Origin: a virus
Taxonomy: Duplodnaviria > Heunggongvirae > Uroviricota > Caudoviricetes
Reading direction: 5' to 3' (one strand)
IMG/VR virus record: IMGVR_UViG_3300031949_000001
Location: 64,001-128,000 of that record
DNA: 64,000 nucleotides
Shown here: positions 16,183 to 24,885 of the stretch, one piece after another
How the letters are laid out: each line of letters starts with the position of its first letter
How positions within the stretch are numbered: position 1 is the first letter of the stretch
Made by a program: the position numbers and the translations under genes
The notes under the pieces: generated by a model
The model's database searches: none
Told to the model about the DNA's origin: nothing
What the model saw: only the letters and a program-made list of their open reading frames with translations

Positions 16183-18318
16183 ATGAATGTAGCAAAACTA
16201 CTGACGAGAGAGGAATTTCGAACTAAAGTTTTCGAAAGGGACCACTATCGCTGTGTATTTTGTAAGGCTGACGCTGTTGATGCCCATCATATTATGGAAC
16301 GGCGCCTGTGGGATGATGGAGGATACTATCTTGAGAATGGCGCCTCGGTCTGTACACCATGTCACATTCTTTGTGAAAAGACCTATTATTCGACTGCTGA
16401 TGTAAGGAAGGCTACTGGGATCACTCGTATCCTGCTTCCGGATCATTTCTATGATGACCAGGAGTTCGATAAGTGGGGTAATCCGGTTATGCCGAATGGT
16501 CAGCGTCTTCGTGGAGAGCTTTTTTATGACGGAAGCGTTCAGAAAATCATGGCTGATTACCTACATTTGTTTACGAAGTATATCAAATATCCACGCACAT
16601 TTCACTTACCATGGTCAGATGGAATGCACGATGATGATAGAATGATGCCAGATGTTAAGATTTTTGAAGGTAAGCGAGTTATTGTAATGGAGAAGATGGA
16701 TGGGGAATGTTTGTTAGCGTCCACAAAAATAACTATGAGTGATTTTAGTAAAATTAACATACGTGATATTTATAAAAATAAAATTATAGGACAGCATGTA
16801 TTGGGAGTAAATCAACGAGGTGAAATAGTTCCATCCAAAATATTGAATGTATTTTTTAATGGAGTCACTGAGGAATGGTTAAGTGTGAATGTTAAGGGGC
16901 AACATGGACCATATGTTAAAATAATTTGCACTCCAAATCATAAATTCAATGTTAATGACAATTATATTGAAGCCAAAAATATGAAGGGTGGTGATATGGT
17001 AAAAATAATTGATTATTCTCCTGATTTAACTTCAATACAAGAACAAATTTTATTAGGAATGTTGTTGGGAGACGCATCTATTCATAATGTAAAAGATCAT
17101 GGTTGTAAAAATGTCAATAAAATGGTAATTCAATTTAGCCACAAAAAAGAACATTTAGAATATATTGAATGGATTAATAAGAGACTTGGTGATATCGCTC
17201 GCCAGTATTGTTTTTGTACCTCAGGTTTTGGTTCTACAATGATTAAATGTTGGACGGCTTCTTCAAATTCTATCTTTAATTCTTTTAATTCGATGATAGT
17301 GAATGGTAAGAAAATCGTCCCGAATTGGGTTATTGAAAAAATAACACCATTATCATTAGCATTTTGGTATATGGATGATGGAAATTTACTACATAATTTC
17401 AAACAACGCGATAGAGCACAGTTCTCAGTCTGTGGATTTGACCGAGAAAGTTGTCTTGTTTTACAACAATGTCTTGAAAAGTTTGGTATTAATTCAGTAT
17501 TGGAAGAATATAAAAATTATTTATATTTACGTTTATTTACAAACGATTCAGAAAGATTTTTTGAATTAATTTCACCACATATTCCACCGTGTATGCAGTA
17601 TAAATTACCAGAGAAACTTAGAGGCAAAGAACTGACTATACCAAAAGTTGAACATAATATTTCTGTTCCTAGATTACGTGAAGTGGAGGTTAAATCGGTT
17701 GAAAAATATTTACATAACACTAATCGTGGAAAATATGATATAGAAACTGAAACACATAATTATTTTGCTAATGGAGTATTAGTTCATAATTGCACCACCA
17801 TGTACAATGATTACATCCATGCGCGTAGTATTGATTCTGGTTCTCATGGTTCAAGAAATTGGATCAAGGCATTCCATGGACAAATGTGTAATAATATTCC
17901 AGATGATTGGCGGATCAACGTCGAAAACGTTTATGCCAAGCATTCGATTTTTTACAAAAACTTACCGACTTATGCTTATGGTTTTGCTCTCTGGAATGAA
18001 AAGAACTATCTTCTGGATTGGATGACCTCACTGGAATGGTTTGAACTCCTTGGAATAACTCCATGTCCGTGGTTCTATTGGGACACATATGACAGAAAAA
18101 AGATTCATTCTTTATATGAGGAACTTTCCAAGGATCACGAAACCGAAGGTTATGTAATCAGAGTTGACGAACCGTTTCATTATGGTCAATTCCGAACACA
18201 CGTTGGAAAATTCGTGAGAAAGGGTCATATTCAAACTACAAAACATTGGGCGTATGGTCAGAAAATTGAACCAAACATATTAAAAGAAGGAGTTACGGGA
18301 TTTGAGGCTCTATTGTAA
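16183..18318 (+). CDS. HNH-domain / ATP-dependent RNA ligase (Rnl2-like) fusion containing an intein
   Basis: N-terminal RDHYRCVFC..DAHHI..CTPCH; KYPRTFHLPWS, EKMDGE|C (motif I), EGYVIR, KFVRKGH. Confidence 0.88.
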   Translation: MNVAKLLTREEFRTKVFERDHYRCVFCKADAVDAHHIMERRLWDDGGYYLENGASVCTPCHILCEKTYYSTADVRKATGITRILLPDHFYDDQEFDKWGNPVMPNGQRLRGELFYDGSVQKIMADYLHLFTKYIKYPRTFHLPWSDGMHDDDRMMPDVKIFEGKRVIVMEKMDGECLLASTKITMSDFSKINIRDIYKNKIIGQHVLGVNQRGEIVPSKILNVFFNGVTEEWLSVNVKGQHGPYVKIICTPNHKFNVNDNYIEAKNMKGGDMVKIIDYSPDLTSIQEQILLGMLLGDASIHNVKDHGCKNVNKMVIQFSHKKEHLEYIEWINKRLGDIARQYCFCTSGFGSTMIKCWTASSNSIFNSFNSMIVNGKKIVPNWVIEKITPLSLAFWYMDDGNLLHNFKQRDRAQFSVCGFDRESCLVLQQCLEKFGINSVLEEYKNYLYLRLFTNDSERFFELISPHIPPCMQYKLPEKLRGKELTIPKVEHNISVPRLREVEVKSVEKYLHNTNRGKYDIETETHNYFANGVLVHNCTTMYNDYIHARSIDSGSHGSRNWIKAFHGQMCNNIPDDWRINVENVYAKHSIFYKNLPTYAYGFALWNEKNYLLDWMTSLEWFELLGITPCPWFYWDTYDRKKIHSLYEELSKDHETEGYVIRVDEPFHYGQFRTHVGKFVRKGHIQTTKHWAYGQKIEPNILKEGVTGFEALL
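16708..17790 (+). mobile_element. intein with LAGLIDADG homing endonuclease (361 aa)
   Basis: begins CLLASTKI, CTPNHKF block B, GMLLGDAS and WYMDDG LAGLIDADG motifs, ends YDIETETHNYFANGVLVHN, +1 Cys; visibly more AT-rich. Confidence 0.93.
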
Positions 18319-18377
18319 TAGGGCTTCGAATCTGTTATACTGTCGTAGTCCTATTACGAATTTAAGGAGTTTCCTAA

Positions 18378-18926
18378 ATGAGAATCTATTGCTTTGGTAA
18401 CTTTTATCTGTCTTCGATCCAGCAAGGCATTCAAGCCCTTCATGTCCTTGGTGAGATGGTCGCTAAGTATGGAATCAAGCGGGTTGCCCAGGATGCTGGC
18501 TACAATGAAAGTGTCTTTTCGGGATCAACGCCTCAATCAACGATACTTGCTGATTACATAGCTAATCACAAGACTGCTATTCTTCTCAATGGTGGAGCGC
18601 AGAAAGAACTCGAAAATCTTTATGGGTTTTTTAGTTCTGGTTTTATATCTGAAAAGAACGAATTTCCATACACTTTCTTTGGGGAAGAGAAAGCTGCTCT
18701 CAACAACGCTCTCACTTGTGTTGGTATCGTTCTTCCATTCCGAATTTATGAACTGGCAGACCGGCTCAAGAAAGATACTGACAAACTCATTCAATTTCGA
18801 ATTGAAGAACAGCTTAACCGAAAAGGTTTTGCACACTATGACTATGAAAACCCGGAATGCGTAATCAACAATCGTTGGGAGTATGATCTTGCACAACTTA
18901 TCACGACTTACCGATTAGCGTCGTAA
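18378..18926 (+). CDS. conserved phage protein, possible divergent Pth2-fold
   Basis: LSSIQQGIQALH, HKTAILLNGG, LNNALTCVGIV. Confidence 0.55.
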   Translation: MRIYCFGNFYLSSIQQGIQALHVLGEMVAKYGIKRVAQDAGYNESVFSGSTPQSTILADYIANHKTAILLNGGAQKELENLYGFFSSGFISEKNEFPYTFFGEEKAALNNALTCVGIVLPFRIYELADRLKKDTDKLIQFRIEEQLNRKGFAHYDYENPECVINNRWEYDLAQLITTYRLAS

Positions 18927-18980
18927 TAAGGTTGAAACTGACTCTTCTAAATACCGCCAGTTAGTTTAGGAGATAAAGAA

Positions 18981-19214
18981 ATGGAAAAATTGGTTGAAAC
19001 CTGGGATGAGATGTTACCAACTCTCAATTCATACGATATGACCGATGCGGATAAGATTTCTCTAGCGGAAATTCTTATCCAGATGTTGGAAAATAGTGGT
19101 GCCGATGATTGGGAAAGTCTAGTTGATGATCCTATTCTTTACGAAGCAGCCCGCAACTTACACCCTGATTTCGATTGGGATAATGACGAGGAAGATGTAG
19201 ATGACGAGGATTAA
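18981..19214 (+). CDS. small acidic hypothetical protein
   Basis: AGGAG RBS; D/E-rich tail. Confidence 0.7.
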   Translation: MEKLVETWDEMLPTLNSYDMTDADKISLAEILIQMLENSGADDWESLVDDPILYEAARNLHPDFDWDNDEEDVDDED

Positions 19215-19216
19215 TA

Positions 19217-19399
19217 ATGTACTACTGTTATTGTATAAAATGGATTGAATACCAAAAAATCGAACAACGCGAACGTTCTTATCTTTTTGTACATGGATTT
19301 CTTTACACCGGACCTACCTTCAAGTTCTGCCCGTTTTGTGGTAGTGAATTAGAAAACGATGACCCATCAGCAGGAGGATTCGAAAATGAGAATTCTTGA
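19217..19399 (+). CDS. small zinc-ribbon protein
   Basis: GAGG RBS; FKFCPFCG. Confidence 0.55.
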   Translation: MYYCYCIKWIEYQKIEQRERSYLFVHGFLYTGPTFKFCPFCGSELENDDPSAGGFENENS

Positions 19400-20624
19400 C
19401 GATATAAAACTAGACTATCAAGATGTATTGTTCGTTCCGCAACGCGCAGACTTTGATTTAGATAGTCGATCCAAGATCAAACTTACCCGTCCTTTCAAGT
19501 TCAAATACGGTACTCCCCAATACGAAGGAACTCCGATTATCGCCGCCAACATGGATTCGGTTGGGACAATGGCAATGGCAAATGCTTTCAAGCCATATAA
19601 CATGGCTGTAGCTCTTCATAAATTTTATTCTGCTGATGATCTTATTAAATATTTCAAAAGAGAAGACAAAAATCCCCACACTTTCTACTCAATGGGAATC
19701 TCGGATGATGACCGAGCAAAGTTCGACAAGGTCATGTCCTACGCACCCCTCGAATACGTCTGCATTGACGTAGCCAATGGTTACTCACCGAAGCTTTCAG
19801 TATTCGTTCAAAAACTTCGCGAGGAATACCCTCAGTTGGTCATTATGGCTGGCAACGTTGTAACTGGTGATATGGTACATGAACTGCTCTTGAAGGGCGC
19901 AGATATCGTTAAAATAGGTCTTGGGAGCGGCTCTGTTTGTACCACAAGGCTCCTGACAGGTGTGGGATATGCACAATTCAGTGCAGTGATTGAATGCGCA
20001 AATGCAGCCCATGGATTAGAAAATGGATTGATTTGTGCCGATGGTGGAATAGTTGATCCAGGTGATGTTTCAAAAGCTTTTGGCGCTGGAGCAGATTTCA
20101 TTATGTGTGGCGGTATTTTCGCTGGTTATGCTGAGTGTGAAGGTGAATTGGTTGGTGAAGAATTACCACCAGAGGCTTTCGATTTCGACACGGGCATTTC
20201 GGTAGATCCAAAAACGTTTGAAGAATATTTTTATTTAAAACGAGCCTTAAGAGAATTTAAGACAAAAGGAACTCTCGGGTTTCAAACAGTAACCTTCTCT
20301 AAAGATAGGCAAACAATCATCAAGAAAACACCAACGCCGCTTAGTTTTTTCAAAGACCCGACAAATCTAAAAATGAAATTTCATGGAATGTCTTCCAAAG
20401 AAGCTATGGAGCAGCATTATGGTGAGAAGGCAGACTATCGCGCAGCGGAAGGGAAAGAAGTTGAAATTCCGTTTAAGGGTCCGGTTAAGAATATGATTGA
20501 ACAGATTCTTGGTGGTATTCGAAGCACTTGCACCTATATTGGCGCTCGTCAACTCAAACACATGTCTAAGTGTGCTTTATTTGCTAGGGTCAGCCGTCAA
20601 TACAATACTGTGTTTGGTTCTTAA
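19386..20624 (+). CDS. guaC: GMP reductase with ~65-aa insertion
   Basis: PIIAANMD, CIDVANGYS, GSGSVCTTR, ADGG, KAFGAGADF, GMSS..AM, YRAAEGK, ILGGIRSTCTY. Confidence 0.93.
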   Translation: MRILDDIKLDYQDVLFVPQRADFDLDSRSKIKLTRPFKFKYGTPQYEGTPIIAANMDSVGTMAMANAFKPYNMAVALHKFYSADDLIKYFKREDKNPHTFYSMGISDDDRAKFDKVMSYAPLEYVCIDVANGYSPKLSVFVQKLREEYPQLVIMAGNVVTGDMVHELLLKGADIVKIGLGSGSVCTTRLLTGVGYAQFSAVIECANAAHGLENGLICADGGIVDPGDVSKAFGAGADFIMCGGIFAGYAECEGELVGEELPPEAFDFDTGISVDPKTFEEYFYLKRALREFKTKGTLGFQTVTFSKDRQTIIKKTPTPLSFFKDPTNLKMKFHGMSSKEAMEQHYGEKADYRAAEGKEVEIPFKGPVKNMIEQILGGIRSTCTYIGARQLKHMSKCALFARVSRQYNTVFGS

Positions 20625-21277
20625 AACGAACCTTCGAACATCGATTCGAAGTCTAATACACCGCACATCTTTCTGATTCGACGCGCCGCTTCCAAGGATA
20701 ACAAAGCATCTTCCAATGAATTATGTTTGTCTCTTTTAATTCCAATGGCTTCAAAAAGCTTATCTGATGTAAACATCCCCATTGTAGCCCAACCAATGGT
20801 GTTTGTATCGATTACTTGATTAGATACTGGAAAGAAGGGAACATCATAACGGTCGAATAAGTTTCGTAGGAAGAAAATATCGAAAGAAGCTACGTTTGTA
20901 CCTAGACAATGAACGATTCGATCCTTACTATATTCAGCATTGATATCCCAATATGTCGAGATGAATCCAACTATTTCTGCTAATGCTTCAACGTCAGTTT
21001 TACCGTTTCTTGCGAGATATTCCTTTGAAAGTCCGTGTTTCTTTTCGGCACCAGCATTCCAAAGACTTTTTCCATCCCACTTGATTTCGATGTAGAGTGT
21101 GTCTACTGGCTTGAGGGTCTCGGTATCGGCAATAGCCATTCCAACTGAAACCATTTGATAGTATTCCCCGTTTTTGAGGTTTACACATGGGTTACCTGAT
21201 GAACGAACAATACCACTTGTTTCTACGTCCACGGCTAAGACTTTGTCAAAATATCCAATATCGCTAGCGTTATCCAT
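20621..21277 (-). CDS. DEDDh 3'-5' exonuclease (DnaQ-like)
   Basis: DVETSG, N.ASFD, IDT, HNSLEDA. Confidence 0.85.
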   Translation of the reverse strand: MDNASDIGYFDKVLAVDVETSGIVRSSGNPCVNLKNGEYYQMVSVGMAIADTETLKPVDTLYIEIKWDGKSLWNAGAEKKHGLSKEYLARNGKTDVEALAEIVGFISTYWDINAEYSKDRIVHCLGTNVASFDIFFLRNLFDRYDVPFFPVSNQVIDTNTIGWATMGMFTSDKLFEAIGIKRDKHNSLEDALLSLEAARRIRKMCGVLDFESMFEGSF

Positions 21278-21344
21278 ATTATTTTCCTTCTTGATTTCTG
21301 ATTGTATTTAGGCTATAATCCAAGCATACTTGAAAGGAGAGTTT

Positions 21345-21848
21345 ATGTCAATATCAGAGGATAAAATTAAAAAGTTATTTTTAACAGGTATTGTGTGTTT
21401 ATTTCTGGTAAGTTGCAATAATAAAGAAAAAACCCAAAAATCGATTAACGAAGCCGTTGATTCAACGGTAGTTAAGGATAAAATTGACCCGGTCGAAGAA
21501 ATTAATAAACATCTTGAAGCTGTTTTACAATATTACCACAGTATAAATAAACCACAGACAACACCGACTAGAGCATGTTATGATGCGACCAGTAAAATTT
21601 ATTTTTTAAAATTTCCGGTTGATGATAGGTATTCATACAAAGACGATGATGGTAATTCTCAAGAGACGGTTTATCACTATGCTGGCTGGAACGCAATCTA
21701 TGAAGAAAATCTTACGTTCGTGACTATTGGAAACGGTTCAATGACTTTAACAAATGCTCCAGATACATCACAAAATATATCTGTAAACTTGGATGGATTG
21801 CCATGTATGAACTTTTCTCAACTAATGAAAGTATGGGATAATCAATAG
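21345..21848 (+). CDS. putative lipoprotein
   Basis: lipobox LVSC after a hydrophobic stretch; AAGGAG RBS. Confidence 0.7.
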   Translation: MSISEDKIKKLFLTGIVCLFLVSCNNKEKTQKSINEAVDSTVVKDKIDPVEEINKHLEAVLQYYHSINKPQTTPTRACYDATSKIYFLKFPVDDRYSYKDDDGNSQETVYHYAGWNAIYEENLTFVTIGNGSMTLTNAPDTSQNISVNLDGLPCMNFSQLMKVWDNQ

Positions 21849-21855
21849 TTTATAA

Positions 21856-21889
21856 TTGACATTCCATGAAATTGCTGCTACGATAAATA
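21856..21889 (+). promoter_or_regulatory. sigma70-like promoter overlapping a late-type ATAAATA motif
   Basis: TTGACA-17-TACGAT, ATAAATA at 21883. Confidence 0.6.
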
Positions 21890-22032
21890 CTTGTGAGCGT
21901 GGTGCTCAAAAGGCGCAGGGTAGTCTCTTAAATGTAGACTATTGCTGGCGTCGCTCTAATTTTAAAGGAATGAAAAACATGTACTATGATCCGATTGATC
22001 CACCATCGCCACCACCGCGCCCCAGGAATAGA

Positions 22033-22125
22033 GGAAGGTAACCCTGTCAGGGATGGGCAACGCCTGGAAAGCGTTTGGAACTGGCTAAAACCCGGTTTGA
22101 GTTTCGAGTACTCTGCCTTCCGCCA
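22033..22125 (+). tRNA. tRNA-Ser(GGA)
   Basis: AACGC-CT GGA AA-GCGTT, long variable arm, GCCA; near copy of the Ser(GCT) body. Confidence 0.88.
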
Positions 22126-22166
22126 AATTTTAGGAGACTAGCATGCCAATTACAAGAGGCTAGATC

Positions 22167-22406
22167 ATGTTGTTAACACTTGAAGAAGCACAAAAAATAT
22201 CGACTGAACTGAAAAAAAGTCATGTTCAAGCATCGGTAGGCGTAGGGCTTGACAAGCTCTATTTTTATGTGTATAGTATTGATCCTGCAATGACTTGTTG
22301 TGCTAGGAAAAGTTTTGATGCACGAGCAAAGAAAAAAGTCGAAGAGGCGGTCTTTAAGTATGAAAATGTGGTTGTAACAATTACTGGTCCTGGTATAGCT
22401 GGATAA
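22167..22406 (+). CDS. hypothetical protein
   Basis: GAGG RBS. Confidence 0.6.
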   Translation: MLLTLEEAQKISTELKKSHVQASVGVGLDKLYFYVYSIDPAMTCCARKSFDARAKKKVEEAVFKYENVVVTITGPGIAG

Positions 22407-22410
22407 TAAT

Positions 22411-23172
22411 ATGTTTTGGATTTTACAGAAGAATCGATACGACGAAATCCAATTCCAAGAAATTTTAAAGGTGTTAGAAGAACAGAGCACGTCGTATGAA
22501 CTTGTTGACCTAACACCAAAAATGGAACCAGATGTTGACCCGGTTGGTTCTGTGTTCGTAATCGGTGAATCAGCATTGTTTAATATTTCAAAAGAGAAAG
22601 GTTGGCTTCCTGGATGCTTCGGCGAAGGATTAGAATATAGTAACATGCTTGATAAGTACAAGAATTGGGCGCTTAATGAAGATAGCGTGATTGTACCGCT
22701 TAAGGATGTTGAAGAGAAATGGGATAGATTTTTTGTACGTACTAACGCGGCAATGAAGCAATTTTCCGGGCGGGTAATGACTTGGAAAAAGTTTGAAACA
22801 GTGTGGAAACCACGGATTCTGAAGATGACGACCGTGACAGAAAATGACCTCATTGTTATGGCTTCATTTAAAAAAATCTACGATGAATATAGGTTTTACA
22901 TAGTTGATGGAAAAGTTGTTACTGGCTCCTCGATTTACAATCAAGAGCGTAAAGTGTTCTACTTCAATGTGACTGATGCCAGCAATCCCGAACTTTGGGC
23001 GTTTGCGCAACTGATGGCTGATTTATGGAGTCCAAATAGAGCGTTTTGTTTGGGAATTTGTAGTACAGTAGATGGTTATCGTGTCACAAAAGTGAGCGCA
23101 ATTAATTCAACTTGTTTTTGTGCCTGTGACATGAAGCAGTTTGTAGAAGCAATAAATGCGATGAATTTTTAG
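22411..23172 (+). CDS. ATP-grasp (R2K-like) paralog, probably inactive
   Basis: end-to-end similar to 5418-6203, but FALDV becomes FCLGI and LEIN becomes TKVS. Confidence 0.8.
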   Translation: MFWILQKNRYDEIQFQEILKVLEEQSTSYELVDLTPKMEPDVDPVGSVFVIGESALFNISKEKGWLPGCFGEGLEYSNMLDKYKNWALNEDSVIVPLKDVEEKWDRFFVRTNAAMKQFSGRVMTWKKFETVWKPRILKMTTVTENDLIVMASFKKIYDEYRFYIVDGKVVTGSSIYNQERKVFYFNVTDASNPELWAFAQLMADLWSPNRAFCLGICSTVDGYRVTKVSAINSTCFCACDMKQFVEAINAMNF

Positions 23173-23263
23173 GAGATTAAAGCAAACAGGGTTTTGCCGC
23201 CGCCTCGAAAACGGCTGGAGCCACGAAAAGTGGCTTGGGGATCGATACCTCTAATCTCCGCCA
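23172..23263 (+). tRNA. tRNA-Ser(CGA), atypical T loop (ATCGATA)
   Basis: GGAGATT/AATCTCC acceptor, CT CGA AA loop, long variable arm, GCCA. Confidence 0.85.
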
Positions 23264-23285
23264 TTTTAAAATATAGGAGTTTGAT

Positions 23286-23867
23286 ATGAGCACACCAAGA
23301 ATTTTGGCTTTGGACCGAGGCGGCAACCCATGGGGTTGGATCACCTGGGAAGATGCTGTAACTTACCACGCTAAGGGTCTTGTGGCGTGGGAAGCGGGTG
23401 AGAGCGATTTCGAGTTTCATGGTGGTCACTCACGCATGACTGGTGAACGTTCCACAATTACTACACAGTCCATCATCGCCGTCAAGGGTATGGATTTGGG
23501 TAAGCTCGGCGCTAAGATTTTTAAGGAGCCGACTGTTGATAACGAACTGTTGTTCCGTAGGGATCGTCAGCTATGTGCTTACTGCGGTAACATCTATGGT
23601 GACGACAAGCTTACCCGTGATCACATTTTCCCTGTGTCAATGGGCGGCAAGGACAAGTGGATGAACTTGGTGACTGCATGCAGACCATGTAACCATAGAA
23701 AGGCTGACAGAACATTGGCTAATGCTCGTATGGAATTGCTATACGTACCATACGTGCCGAACAGATACGAATATTTGATTCTCCAGAACCGCAAGATTTT
23801 GGCTGATCAGATGGAGTTCTTGATGTCTGGTGTTCCAGAACATAGCCGTATTAGAAAAGAACATTAG
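23286..23867 (+). CDS. HNH endonuclease (McrA-like)
   Basis: LFRRDRQLCAYCG, LTRDHIFP.S.GG...W.NLVTAC..CN..K. Confidence 0.9.
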   Translation: MSTPRILALDRGGNPWGWITWEDAVTYHAKGLVAWEAGESDFEFHGGHSRMTGERSTITTQSIIAVKGMDLGKLGAKIFKEPTVDNELLFRRDRQLCAYCGNIYGDDKLTRDHIFPVSMGGKDKWMNLVTACRPCNHRKADRTLANARMELLYVPYVPNRYEYLILQNRKILADQMEFLMSGVPEHSRIRKEH

Positions 23868-23916
23868 GGGTTGCTCCCGTTATCGGGGGTAACCACTTTT
23901 GTAAAGGATAAAATAG

Positions 23917-24147
23917 ATGGTATTGCTTCCAAATTGGGTTAAACGTTTAAACAGATGGTATGACGGTCTCCAGGAGCCTTGGCGAATGTTGATCTATGTT
24001 GTTCCAATAACTTTGTCAATATTTGCTATTAATAAAAGTGTTGAAAAAATTCTTAACGCTCCGTGGTTGTTTATACCGGGTGTTGTGCTTTTCTCTATTA
24101 TGATAGCTTGGGGAATATCTCGATACTTAATGTATTATAGTGATTAA
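23917..24147 (+). CDS. small membrane protein
   Basis: two hydrophobic segments, AAGGA RBS. Confidence 0.65.
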   Translation: MVLLPNWVKRLNRWYDGLQEPWRMLIYVVPITLSIFAINKSVEKILNAPWLFIPGVVLFSIMIAWGISRYLMYYSD

Positions 24148-24248
24148 ATGCTCGGTAAGGACAAGAGGAAGAATTTGGTAGCACGTTGCTCATGTAACTA
24201 CAGAAACGCTGATATAACATTAGAGATTCATCTTATAAGGAGAGAATA

Positions 24249-24452
24249 ATGAAATTTATTAGGAAAGAGATTCGTGAAGATGGGAAAACCGTTCTTTATG
24301 TCGAAGATAAAGGATGGTTTAGAAAAAAGATTAGATCATTTGTTGCTAATCGTTTATATGTAGCAGATTATTGGGAATGGTTAGAACTTCCTGATAACAC
24401 TCTCGTTGAAGATATATTGTCGTTTCAACTTGATGTTTGGAAAAATAATTAA
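24249..24452 (+). CDS. hypothetical protein
   Basis: AAGGAG RBS. Confidence 0.65.
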   Translation: MKFIRKEIREDGKTVLYVEDKGWFRKKIRSFVANRLYVADYWEWLELPDNTLVEDILSFQLDVWKNN

Positions 24453-24456
24453 AGAT

Positions 24457-24530
24457 GCCCCGTAAGGTGTATTGAATGCACGTTGCGCTTCGAACGCAAA
24501 AGAACGGTTTGATTCCGGTACGGGGTGCCA
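24457..24530 (+). tRNA. tRNA-Arg(TCG), atypical (no D-loop GG, TTTGATT T loop)
   Basis: GCCCCGT/ACGGGGT acceptor, TTGCG-CT TCG AA-CGCAA, GCCA. Confidence 0.8.
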
Positions 24531-24542
24531 ATTGGAGAGAAC

Positions 24543-24884
24543 ATGGATTACGGATATCATAAAGAAATATCAGAAAAAGATCCACGCCAAGCGCGTTGGA
24601 CTGAACAACGCGAGGCGCGTGGCTTCGATGATACAGAATTGTGGAATCTTGACTTCACTATTGCAAGATTCGTTTTACCTCGCCTAAAGGCGTTCAAAAC
24701 AATGGGTCATGGCTATCCTGGTAATTTGACTTTTGATGAATGGAATACGATACTCGATAAGATGATATTTTCATTTGAATACGCCGCAAACGGCGACAAA
24801 TTATTCGGTGATTCGGAATTTCATGAGACGGTTAACGAAGGTATGCAATATTTCGCTGATTATTTCTTTCATTTATGGGACTGA
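24543..24884 (+). CDS. conserved phage hypothetical protein
   Basis: [31 protein letters not shown]. Confidence 0.75.
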   Translation: MDYGYHKEISEKDPRQARWTEQREARGFDDTELWNLDFTIARFVLPRLKAFKTMGHGYPGNLTFDEWNTILDKMIFSFEYAANGDKLFGDSEFHETVNEGMQYFADYFFHLWD

Positions 24885-24885
24885 C

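Noticed and set aside
20154-20367. Mini-intein in guaC
   Set aside because: No N-terminal Cys/Ser block or His-Asn C-terminus, and too short
24148-24240. Possible tRNA remnant or small ribozyme
   Set aside because: The 5' end looks vaguely tRNA-like, but there is no T arm, CCA or complete hammerhead core
2727-24543. ORF-track starts at 2727, 3241, 14053, 24472 and 24525 (also 662)
   Set aside because: They begin inside tRNA or ncRNA genes; downstream starts with clear RBS were used instead
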